Assembly (NCBI RefSeq): GCF_006345805.1
Contig: NC_043000.1
Location: 141,360,001-141,424,000, forward strand
Source of the DNA: Octopus sinensis
Lineage: Eukaryota
DNA length: 64,000 nucleotides
Reading direction: 5' to 3'
Position 1 is the stretch's first letter; the number at the start of each line of letters is the position of its first letter. A program made the translations under genes and the position numbers. The notes beneath the pieces were generated by a model. The model was not told where the DNA came from. It saw only the letters and a list, made by a program, of their open reading frames with translations, and ran no database searches. Shown in pieces: positions 39,154 to 50,915 of the stretch.

Positions 39154-39647
39154 ACTGTCTACTTTCTTACTTTCTGCCAAGCTATAAACTAAACTGTACA
39201 ATATTGTCCCCTCAAAGAAACTGAACTTTCGCAAAGAACTTAGGAAAGTTTTCACTACAAATAAAAACAATCAGGCAATAGATTAAATAACATTTCACGA
39301 CGCGTATTATAAGGTTAGCCAATTACTATTACCACTATTATATTTTCCATTGGATGGTGAAGGATGTATCTAATGTTAAAGACATAATTTCCACATTTTG
39401 GCAGAACTCCAGGCAAGTGTCTGTACTCTTTGATTTGACTAACGTTATTTTCTTTATTCTTATATCAATATTGTTTTTCAGAAAAGAAATCAAATCTTTT
39501 GCTGGCTGTTTTTAGTTTAGGAATATTAAGATCGGGGCCTTAAGAACAATTTTATACCCGAAGAGAGACTATGGCGATTATATTGCTGTTGTTTTATAAA
39601 AATCATTTTTTATACACAAGAGATGAAAATTATTTTATTTTGTGATG

Positions 39648-41850
39648 AGGGCTTCTTGCGCTTAAACACTTCTTAGACCTTCGGCCTTACCTGAGCCTGA
39701 CACCTACACACTTCTTCGTCTGGCTGAACTTCTCGTTCGCGGGGACAAGAATGGGCCCCAACTATGCGAACATGTTCATTGGCTACGCTGAGGCCCAAAT
39801 ATTCGCACAGTTCACTGGTCCCACACCCAAACTATACAGTCGTTATATCGATAACTGTATCGGTGCGACCTCATTCAACTGCGAACAACTGGTCCCTTTC
39901 CTCTCCTTTGTCCTTCCATCCTGCCCTCGAATGCTCTATCTCTAACTCTTCCATCGATTTTCTCGACATTTCTATCAGTATACACCACTCCGCCCTGACT
40001 ACCTCGATCCACTACAAACATATTGACTCAAACTCCTACCTTAACTTCTCCTCCTTCCACCCTACCCACACAAAGCTCTCCATCCTCTACTCTCAGTTCT
40101 TCCGTCTACGCAGGCTTTGCAGTGGCGACCATGACTTTGAGACTTAGTCTCAACTCATGGTTTGCCACTCCATCCTACGTGGATATCTCCTCACCATTAT
40201 TCACACTGCCCTTGCCCGGACATGATCTATAGGCCGTACCTCTACTCTTTCTCCTTGTACCCGCCCCACCCTTACTCGTCTCCCGTTTCCCTCTCACCTA
40301 ACACCCCTTAACCCTGCTCCTCCAACGCACCATTCTCCGAGCCTTTCAGCGACTCCAGTCCGTCCTCCACCTCCTACAGCTTCTCTAACCTACCCCTTCC
40401 CTACTTCAAACGAGCCCATAACCTGCGTGACCTCTTGGTCCACAGTTTTTTCCCTATCCCCGCCTCCCAGCCCGGCTCCTACGCCTGCTCCCGCCCACGC
40501 TTTCGCACCTGTCCCTACCTCTCCAACACCACCATTCTCACATGCACCTATCACGTCACCGACTCCTTTACCTGAACCTCTAGTAATGTTATTTACTGCA
40601 TCTCCTACTCTCTCTCTGTCCTTCCCTGTACATTGGTGAAACGGGATACCTCTTGGCCGACCCGTTCGCAGAGCAACTTGGAGACATCAGACTCGGCAAT
40701 GACATCCCGGTCTCACGCCATTTCCGCACTACCCGTCATTCGCTACAACATCTATCTGTATTCAGACTGTCTCTGTACAGGGGCCACCCGGACTCCCGCT
40801 TTTGCTTTCTACAGGAATTAATCTTCGCTCTTCGTTCTTTTGCGCCACATGGTCTCAATTCCCCTCCTCTCTTCATCTGACACCAACCACACCTCCTCTC
40901 TTCATTTGACACCAACTCCACAGGGATTCCCACTCACTTCCCACATTCAACTGCCTCCTCTACCTACACACCTGCATACCGCCCACCTCTGTACTCTCAC
41001 CCACACGCACCACTATACACACACCCATACACACTGTTCAACACATCACTGACTTCACACACCATTACACACCACAACACCTTCCCACTCCACACACGCT
41101 AGCGCCGGCGACTTCACAGCACCTACACCACAAACGATTATCCACATACTGCACACAATCTTCAATAACGTCACCACAAATACTGTTATACGAGCAGCCA
41201 CACACAGTGTCTAACTCAATAGACACACCACACACCATCATGCACACTCCCACACCCACACAAACACATAGTACCTGAACACAGACACTATATACATACA
41301 CACGCAACACGCATAGACAAAGATAAATTTCACCCACCATCATACACTTTACACATGCACACTATTTGGTCATAGACACACACACACACGTAGACATGTA
41401 CACACACCACGTAAGATAGCATACCTCAACTACTTCATACACCACACACACACACACGCATACACACACACACGTTACACACACATGCGTCCAGCTCACT
41501 TACCTCCTTTCACACTGCCACACACTCACACACATCATTCTCACACACACACACGCACCTGCGCACCTTAGCTTGTAGGGATCACCACCATACCACTACC
41601 ATTGTTCCATTATTATCTCCCTTTTAATCAACCTCTTCTTTTTCAATAATTCGCCATGTTGGACTGCGGAACTCTACACGCTTTTACCATTTTCTCTCTG
41701 TTTATTTCCTCTTATTACTTTCTGTCGAAAAGCGTAGGCTCGAAACGTAAAAGACTTTTACATTTTTCCGAGCGTCAAGCTAATACACTTGCTTGCTGTT
41801 CCTACACCTGTCTTCGTCTTTTGTTTTTCTATCAATTTCAACTACATACA
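39648..41850 (+). mobile_element. 5'-truncated, decayed Penelope-like element: RT, GIY-YIG, CA-rich tract and terminal repeat
   Basis: RT motifs GTRMGPNYANMFIG.. and YSRYIDN; DFLDI; SNSYL.FSS.HP. GIY-YIG SNVIYCIS..CPSLYIGETG..LADPFAE.L.DIR..PVSRHF..ELIFAL..P.GLN (~40578-40880). A hammerhead-like motif lies at 41718-41753. Confidence 0.9.
41718..41753 (+). ncRNA. Degenerate minimal type I hammerhead-like motif (PLE terminal repeat, family 2)
   Basis: cuuu-CUGUCGA-A-[aAGC guag GCUc]-GAAA-CGUA-aaag: stem I cuuu/aaag, stem II and a GUA site. The core deviates from CUGANGA at A6. Confidence 0.5.
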
Positions 41851-41892
41851 TACGTACGTACGTATTTGTGTGTGTGTATGCATGTGCATATA

Positions 41893-41924
<32 letters not shown>

Positions 41925-42937
41925 GATTGATTGATTGATTGATTCTAGTTTCAGCTCATGAGCTGTGGCCATGCTGGGGCACCGCCATTTGGTGTTGCTA
42001 CTTGGTTTTTACTTCACGAAAGCTTTTTAGCAACTGCCATTTGGTGCATGAGAGAGTTCGATGCAGCTGCCCTCATCTGCACCTCCTGCCGGTGAAGTTG
42101 GTTCATCTGGACACCTGACAGGAAGAGATCCAGTCCTACTTTAAAGACATCCGCATCTACACCATGCAGGTCCCTCAGGTTCTCGGAGGATATTGAAGAG
42201 CTGTGGGCCTCGGAAGCCCAGGCTATCACAGTATCTTGTCCTACATCTTGATGGCAAATTTGGAGTCCTAGGCACCACGCAGTGGCACCCAGTTCTGGCA
42301 TTTGTGTAACTCTCGATGCCAAAGTTTGGGACACGTCCCTCCAGGATGTTCCAGATGTATATTATGGCATATCTTTCCCGCCTACGCTCCGAGGAATATA
42401 GTTTTAATCTCTTGAGTCTTTCCAGTAGCTTACATTCTGCATAGAGGCTATCTTCTTTGTGTAGCTACGCTGGATCGCCTCGAGCTCTGTGATCAACTTG
42501 ACACTGGATGGTGACCATAACTGAGAGCAGTAGTCAAAGTGGCTTAGGACAAGTGTCCTCCAGAGGACCATCATGGTTTCTTGTTCTCTTGTTCTAAGTT
42601 TCTGAGAATCCATCCGGCCAGTTCGTCTACATTTCATTGCCAATTTAGCAACATGTACACGAAAGGTTGCGTCATCACTCATGTAAATACCCAGGTCACG
42701 CACTGATTGTGCCTCTGGGAGTGCTATTCCTCCGTGTCCAGTGTATTCATTGGGTATTGCATTTAGTTTTGCATGCTGATAGTATAAAGCTTGAAACTTT
42801 TCAACATTGAACTGCATGCTATTCTTTTCAGCCCACTTGTATATTTTGTCCAGCTCACATTGCAGGCGTTTAGTGTCCTCAGGGTTCTGTATTGCCTGTG
42901 AAACTTTTGTATCATCTGCATAACTTGTGATCGTGGC
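41925..42937 (-). mobile_element. CR1-clade LINE 3' portion with (AATC)n tail
   Basis: SYADDTK RT motif, KWA..N.MQFN..K, VRDLGI, LDYCSQLWSP..LEAIQR and LERRRE. The 3' UTR ends in a stem-loop plus AAACTAG(AATC)n. Confidence 0.93.
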
Positions 42938-42949
42938 TCTCTCTCTCTC

Positions 42950-42980
<31 letters not shown>

Positions 42981-43440
42981 ACATACACACATATACATAT
43001 ACATACACATACATACACACAAATATATACATATATATATATACATACATATATATATACATATACACATATATATACATACATACACATACATATATAT
43101 ACATATACATATATATATACATATATATATTAATACATATATATATATACACATATACATACATATATACATATACATATATATATATATATATATACAT
43201 ATACACATATATATACATATACATATATCACACATACATATATATACATATATATATATACATATACATATATATATACATATACATATATACATATATA
43301 CACATACATATATATATACACATATATACATACACATATATACATATACACATACATATACATATACATATACACATATACATACACACATATATACATA
43401 TACATATATACATATATATATATATACATATAAATAATAA
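42938..43440. repeat. Long (TA/CA/TACA)n low-complexity tract
   Basis: Directly visible; source of several spurious ORFs. Confidence 0.95.
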
Positions 43441-43616
43441 ATATTAGGGAATAATCCAAATTTACAGGGAAAAAATCAGATTTAGGATTAAATCCAATTT
43501 TATAGTAAAATATTATAAAATATTATTAGAGACAAAACCACTATTTTGCAAAACAAACAAGGAAAGACTTAATCAATACATAAAATTTTAATAAATAGTC
43601 ATATATATATACACAC

Positions 43617-43657
<41 letters not shown>

Positions 43658-43687
43658 TATACACACACATATATATATATATATATA

Positions 43688-43890
43688 GTTAATCCAAACA
43701 AGAAAGCACAAAAAAACACAACAACGCGAGGTCGTGGAACAAATATTGTTATTGGGCGCTCAGGAAAGAAGGAAAGAAGGAGGATTTAACGTTTCGAGCG
43801 GAGCTCTTCGTCGGAAACATAGGAGAAGGAAAGATCCAGAGAAGGGAAGACAGAGGAAAAAAAATCGCAAACGGTACACACGAGGTCACA
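43688..43890 (-). mobile_element. Solo Penelope-type terminal repeat, family 1, with a hammerhead-like motif
   Basis: Reverse complement of 58774-58945; flanked on both sides by TA microsatellites. Confidence 0.7.
43784..43818 (-). ncRNA. Minimal type I hammerhead-like motif
   Basis: guuu-CCGACGA-A-GAGC ucc GCUC-GAAA-CGUU-aaau; the core has U4C. Confidence 0.55.
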
Positions 43891-43900
43891 TTATATACAT

Positions 43901-43966
<66 letters not shown>

Positions 43967-44320
43967 AATAAAAGTTTATAAACTTTTCGAGAGAACATGA
44001 TCTAATTTTTCTAATAGATCTCGAAGCACACACGAAGCTATTATATAGAACCAAGAACCCTGGGTTTACGAAGTAATGTTCTTCACAACACACCCATCTG
44101 AGTAACACATATGTTGTCTATTTAACACTGGATCTAAAGTGGAGATGTAAATTTCCAGCTTTTTGAACGCTCGTCTTTTCGTTACTTTTTAGTGTATTAC
44201 ATATTTTACTTATTGGAATTGAAGCATTGGACATTTGCAAACACTAGGCATCTTGCATGAACAAATCAGTTCACATACAAAGATTGACACAATTGAATGA
44301 AACTGAAAATCAAAGTGTGC

Positions 44321-44351
<31 letters not shown>

Positions 44352-44353
44352 TC

Positions 44354-44385
<32 letters not shown>

Positions 44386-44835
44386 CACGTATACATACAT
44401 AGCATTACAGTGTTTGTTGTACTTTTCCCATACAACAGCATTTTCAAACTTCTTTCATAGTTGTATTGACTCCTCTTCCATCAAAAGAAAGAAAAGAAAA
44501 GTTCATTAGCCTCTCGGAACTGTCTTCAATGAACTTAATAAGTTGTTGCTAATTAAAATCAACAAATCGATTTTTGTGGATTTAGTTTGTGTACATGAGC
44601 ATGCGTGTGCGAGTGTGTCCGTTTAGGAATGTTGTGTAAATATAGTGTATTGAATTAATTTCAATAAAGTGTATTATGGGGAATTTCAATTAAATGCGTT
44701 TAAACAATTTAATATTTAAAGTGTAAAGATAATAAAATAATGTGAGTTTCTATGGGCTTTGTATATTTCCCATGTAGTGACGCAGAAGTTTACTGGACAC
44801 GTAAATTCGAGAAGAGTTCGATATTTTCTTCTTGA

Positions 44836-45140
44836 AGGCACATGGCTCAATGGTTAGAGCGTTGGGCTCACAGTCGCAAAGTAGTGAGTTCGATTCCCGC
44901 ACTGGGCTGTATGTGGTGTTTTTGAATAAGACACTTTATTTCACGTTACTCCATTTTACTCAGCTGTAGAAATGAGTTACATCACTGGTGCCAAGCTGTA
45001 TCGGCCTTTTCCTTTTCCTCGGATAACATCGGTGGCGCGGAGAGGAGAGGCTGGTATGCATGGGTGACTACTGGTCTTCCGTAAGCAACTTTGCCCCGAC
45101 ATGTACCTCGGAGAGTAACTCTCTAGGTGCAATCTCATGG
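44836..45140 (+). mobile_element. Older tRNA-derived SINE, family E (head and CORE like family D, different tail)
   Basis: A box TGGCTCAATGG, B box AGTTCGATTCCC, then taagacactttatttcacgtt.ctcca. Confidence 0.7.
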
Positions 45141-45144
45141 TTAA

Positions 45145-45560
45145 GGGCGGCGAGCTGGCAGAATCGTTAGCCTGCTGGATGAAATGCTTAGCGGTATTTC
45201 GTCTGCCGTTACGTTCTGAGTTAAAATTCTGCCAAGGTCGACTTTGCCTTTCATCCTTTCGGGGTCGATTAAATAAGTACCAGTTACGCACTGGGGTCGA
45301 TGTAATCGACTTAATCCATTTGTCTGTCCTTGTTCGTCCCCTCTATGTTCAGCCCCTCGTGGGTAGTAAATAAATAGGTGTATTTCGGCTGCCGCTACGT
45401 TCTGAGTTCAAATTCCGCTGAGGTCGACTTCGCCTTTCATCCTTTCGGGGTCGATAAATTAAGTACCAGTTGTGCACTGGGGTCGATGTAATCGACTTAA
45501 TCCGTTTGTCTGTCCTTGTTTGTCTTCTCTGTGTTTAGCCCGTTGTGGGTAGTAAAGAAA
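45145..45560 (+). mobile_element. SINE A tandem dimer
   Basis: A full unit followed by a unit that starts at gtatttcg (~45381). Confidence 0.9.
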
Positions 45561-45759
45561 CAAGTTATTCATGGCCGAATTGAGTCTTCTACCATACACA
45601 GACAACAAATTTGATGTATTCTGAGTTTCAGTTATAAATTCCCGGTTCATCTTTTAAATTCTACTTCATCAAATTTTCAGTTATACGGCACACTTCTTTT
45701 GCCTTGTGATACCATAAGTTTCTGTAATAGCTAAGCACACACCTCAGTATTATTTCATA

Positions 45760-46555
45760 CTAGCAGTATCGCCCGGCGTTGCTCGGGTTTGTAAGGGAAA
45801 TAACTATATAAGCATTTTTAGAGATGTAAAGTATAATAGCCATCTCAATATGACTAACCACAAAGGGGGGGGGGTGTCACTGTAGCTTTTTACGTTCTGA
45901 GATTTAATAATACATTTTTAGAGAGTTACTTCCCTTATATAAACCGAGCGAAAATGCATTGAAAATACGGAAAAATTATGGTAAACTTTTTTTAAATCGT
46001 AGACTCATCGTAGACGCACGCTAATACCCAGAAGGGCTCGATATGAATCACGACTATAAGATACCCGGTTTTGGTTAAACTGCACCGCAAAATGTGGGAG
46101 TTGTTAGGAATCTAAATCGTAGGAGACAGACACCACACAACCTCACTTTTATATATATAGACTAGCATTATCGCCCGGCGTTGCTCGGGTTTATAAGGGA
46201 AATAACTATAAAGCATTTTTAGAGAGTTATAGCCAAAAAATAGCAAAAAATGCATTAAAAAAGGAGAAAAAATTATAGTAAATTTTTTTTTAAATCGTTG
46301 ACTCATCGTAGACATTTTTAGAGAGTTACTTCCCTTTATTTAAAAAATATGCGTTAAAATGGAAAAAAATTATGGTAAATTATTTTTAAAATCGTAGACT
46401 CATCGTAGACGCGCACTAATACCCAGAAGGGCTCGATGTGAATCACGACTATAAGATACCGCTTTTGGTTAAACTGCACCGCAAAATGTGGGAGTAGTTA
46501 GGAATCTAAATCGTAGGAGACAGACACCACACAACCTCACTTTTATATATATAGA
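45760..46555 (-). mobile_element. Head-to-tail dimer of Helitron H1 (46555-46162 and 46161-45760)
   Basis: On the minus strand: A|TC ... hairpin-CTAG|TC ... hairpin-CTAG|T. Confidence 0.9.
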
Positions 46556-46904
46556 TTACTCTCTCCTCTCTACTGTGTGTAAATATGTGTGTGAGTGTGT
46601 GCCTGTCTGTCTATTTACCTGAATATGTACGTAGGTGGCATGGTCTCCACCACCCTTTTCGAATCGACTGTTTATTCATCTTCTCTTTACACTATCCTAC
46701 TCCTTGACATCCTGTAATTGTATACCTAATATGTCGATTGTATACGCAATTCTGTCAATTGTATACGCAATTAGTCTAAGTCGATTGTATTCGCAGTATG
46801 CCCAATTACCTTGAATAATACTACCAGTTGATTATCTTAAATTCGCTTATGTTTTATAAAGCTGGGGCTGCATTTTCTGTGTTGATAATGAGTATATATA
46901 TATA

Positions 46905-47132
46905 TATTTCTTTACTACCCACAAGGGGCTAAACATAGAGGGGACAAACAAGGACAGACAAAGGGATTGAGTCGATTACATCGACCCCTGTGCGAAACTG
47001 GTACTTTATTTATCGACCCCGAGAGGATGAAAGGCAAAGTCGACCTCGGCGGAATTTGAACTCAGAACGTAACGACAGACGAAATACGGCTACGCATTTC
47101 GCCCGGCGCGCTAACGTTTCTGCCAGCTCGCC
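46905..47132 (-). mobile_element. SINE A
   Basis: Family match; inserted in (TA)n. Confidence 0.9.
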
Positions 47133-47133
47133 T

Positions 47134-47178
<45 letters not shown>

Positions 47179-47221
47179 ATGTGCATGTGCATGTGTGTAT
47201 CTATGTGTATGTATATAAGCA

Positions 47222-47263
<42 letters not shown>

Positions 47264-48305
47264 GAAAGAAAACCTCTATAGGGCATTCGCCTTGCTAGAA
47301 ATAGCAGCTAAAGCTTCTTAATATTACATCTTACCATTTTAAAAAGAGAAGTTCACATTGGTTGGTGCCTTCCTAGATATAATGACAGGAGGCCACAGCT
47401 GGAATGTCTTGAATTATATTCTTTTTTTGTATTTAAATTGATGGATTTGCTTTTAAGCCAAGTTTGACACATGCTAGAATGACTTAGGCCGGGTATTATT
47501 TTAAAAAAAGTGGTCTGCTGCTATTATTGTGATCTAAATACTAAACATTGAAATGTCTTGGTATAATCTTAGCCGTGGTATTGATACCCAAAACATAGAT
47601 TGGAAGATCTTCTCAGGTCCGTAGTTGAAGTTCCGTTGTTGAGGGTCTAATATGGTTGCTATAAATGATGGCAATAGAATGGATATATAGCTGCTCCAAC
47701 ATAAGAGATGTTTCTCGGGCTTCATGAAAGAAATTTCCGTAACGTTTACAGCACATTATCGTGTCCGGTTTAACCAAAATGTGCGCTGAGTTTCTGTCGT
47801 CTTCATCATATTATCTGACAGAATGTTCGACAGTTCGCACCTCCACAGGCGAAGAGTAACGAATTCAATTGTAATTCAGTTTACAATTTAAGTTTGACGT
47901 TTTGAATCACATTGCAACCAGTAATTGACTCAAGGTTTTTGCTAAGATAGAAGGGTCTTATATATTGCACATAGAACGTATCATAACCATGCACTGGTAC
48001 CTTGGTGACAAGCGTCAATTCACACTCCTGCTATAATGTCGGACTTTTAGGACCTACTAGACTACCCGTGACCCGTTGGGTCACCAATAGTTCAAGGTAC
48101 CCGAAAAAAGCGTATCACAGGAACCCATGGTCCAATTTACGCGATACTTGTTTTATTCTGCTTGTATCCACATTTCAGGGATACCTTACTTTGAGAGTAT
48201 TTTCCTATTGTGCCCCGGTTTGGCTGTATTAAATTACAGACAAGCACGCACACAAGCAAGCAAGCAAGCATTCACTGAGTTTTAGTGATATATAAATTGA
48301 ACAAA

Positions 48306-48541
48306 AGGCGGCGAGCTGGCAGAAACGTTAGCACGCCGGGTGGAATGCTTTGCGTTATTTCGTCCGCCGCTGCGTTCTGAGTTCAAATTCCGCCGAGGTC
48401 GACTTTACTTTTCATCCTTTCGGGGTCGATTAAATAAGTACCAGCGACGCACTGGAGTCGATGTAATCGACTTAATCCGTTTGTCTGTCCTTATTTGTCC
48501 CCTCTATGTTTAGCCCCTTGTGGGTAGTAAAGAAATAGGTA
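48306..48541 (+). mobile_element. SINE A
   Basis: Family match; flanking direct repeat tatataaattga. Confidence 0.9.
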
Positions 48542-49453
48542 TATAAATTGACCAAGTCCTTCAGAAGTACTGGCTTTCAGAACGACGGCACATCCAGAGT
48601 TTGTCGTGTTCCGAGCTCTAAAGACGAAGAAGTTCGATCCAACTAAAATGGATAGGGATGTAATAAATTTAGTTGATTGTTTCGTATATCTTTTGAGTTT
48701 AGGCTTTCAACTGAGAACCCAGAAAGTGTGTTATCCGTTGATATTCCGATTGCAGCTCCTTTGACGTCAAAATTCGCGAACTTGCTATCTAGTTAGATAC
48801 GAGTTTTTTTTTTTCCTTCCAAAAGCTGTGTTAGCAAAGCCATTTTTATGTAGATGATCATTTGCGAAGTTTGGTGGTAAACATATCTTCTGTGACATAA
48901 TCATTGACTTGACGTTTAGTAAAAGCATAGAAACGGAAATATGACAACCTTAATCTCATTCAACAGAGCTTCGATAAAGTAACTACAAGCAACAAACAAA
49001 TAATCACTATGCCATCTCCGTTAATAAGCAATACAAAACTAAATCGCTCAAAGTCAAGTCAATAAAAAGATCTTGATGTGGTAGCTCGACCTGATAAAAA
49101 TATCTGCCAAATTTCCATTACATTTAACTTTACCGGTTTAAAATAAAAGGTCATTTCTAATACTACACTGGATTATATTTTTAGATACATGAAACCTTGA
49201 GTAATACTGGATGGTCATGGCTAGAACATTTCTGCTCCTTCACCTACTCAATCTGTAATAACTTGGGGGTTAAGTAGCAACAACAAAAACAGCACTATTT
49301 AAAGTCACTACGAATATTACGCCTTAAGTTTTATGGGTGTACTTTCACGGTGACAACACACATCGTACTTAAGGTTGCTGGTAAGAGGTTAAGGCTCCTA
49401 TTAGGCTAAATATATCTAAACAGAAATTATCTTCAACTTTAAAATGTATATTA

Positions 49454-49865
49454 GGCGTAGTAGTGGCTGTGTGCTAAGTAGCTTGCTTACCAGCTACATG
49501 GTTCCGGGTTCATTCCCAGTGCGTGGCACCTTGGGCAAGGGTCGTCTACTATAACCTCGGGCCGACCAAAGCCTTGTGAGTGGATTTGGTAGACGGAAAC
49601 TGAAAGAAGCCCGTCGTATATATGTATATATATATATATATGCATGTGAGAGTTTGTGTATGTTTGTGTGTCTGTGTTTGTCCCCCCCAACGTCGCTTGA
49701 CAGCTGATGCTGGTGTGTTTACGTTCCCGTTACTTAGTGGTTCGGCAAAAGAGACCGATAGAATAAGTACTAGGCTTCGGAAGAATAAGTCGATTTGCTC
49801 GACTAAAGGCGGTGCTCCAGCATGGCCACAGTCAAATGACTGAAACAAGGAAAAGATTAAAAAAA
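49454..49865 (+). mobile_element. SINE B
   Basis: Family match. Confidence 0.9.
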
Positions 49866-50269
49866 AAGAGATAGTATGATCACATACGCGGGCATACACA
49901 CACATTCACTCACACACATACACATATACATACATGCACGCACACTCCAAACACGTGTGCTTTTACTTTTGGACTTATTTGCAAAACGTAAGCCGATCAC
50001 AAAGAAAGTGTCAAGGCTTTTTTTGTTTGAATCAATACAGTTCTAGGAGTTTGTGTATAAGTAATTCATATACTGCCTACATACGCAGGTATTTTCGCAG
50101 ATATGCTTCCACACATGCAATGGAAGCACGTCGTATTAGTACACAACTGCGCGTGTTTGATTACTTGTGTGTGTGTATATATATATATATGTGAATGCCG
50201 TGTACATATATTAAACTGCATTTATTCATTGGAGAAAACTTAGATGCCGAATTGGATTTCGAAGAAGCG

Positions 50270-50497
50270 GCGAGCTGGCAGAAACGTTAGCACGCCGGGC
50301 GAAATGCGTAGCCGTATTTCGTCTGCCGTTACGTTCTAAGTTCAAATTCCGTCGAGGTCGACTTCTCCTTTCATCCTTTCGGGGCCGATAAATTAAGTAC
50401 CAGTTACGCACTGGGGTCGATGTAATCGACTTAATCCGTTTTTCTATCCTTGTTTGTCCCCTCTGTGTTTAGCACCTTTTGGTTCGTAAAGAAATAT
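50270..50497 (+). mobile_element. SINE A
   Basis: Family match; flanking direct repeat gatttcgaagaagc. Confidence 0.9.
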
Positions 50498-50873
50498 GAT
50501 TTCGAAGAAGCAGCTGAATTTCCTTAATCTCTTGGAAAACTACAGAAAACTACAGCATTTCAAGACTTTTATAGACCCGTAATAATCGGCAAAAAGGTGT
50601 ATTAATCACCCGGTTACAACAAATGTGTCTTTCATTATTTCATCATCAATACTTTCAGTAGACCAGTACAACAGTGTTTCAGTCTCCATAGATATTTCCA
50701 CGAGCAGTTGTCATTACTCCAACAAACGTAAGGCATAGACATATATACAAGAATATAAAATATTCATAACATAACGTAAATTGTATAATTAGAAAAAAGA
50801 AAAGCTAACAGTGATAACTCCAAGTGAACATTGCCTTGAACATCAAAGATGAACAAACATTTACTTAATACGA

Positions 50874-50904
<31 letters not shown>

Positions 50905-50915
<11 letters not shown>

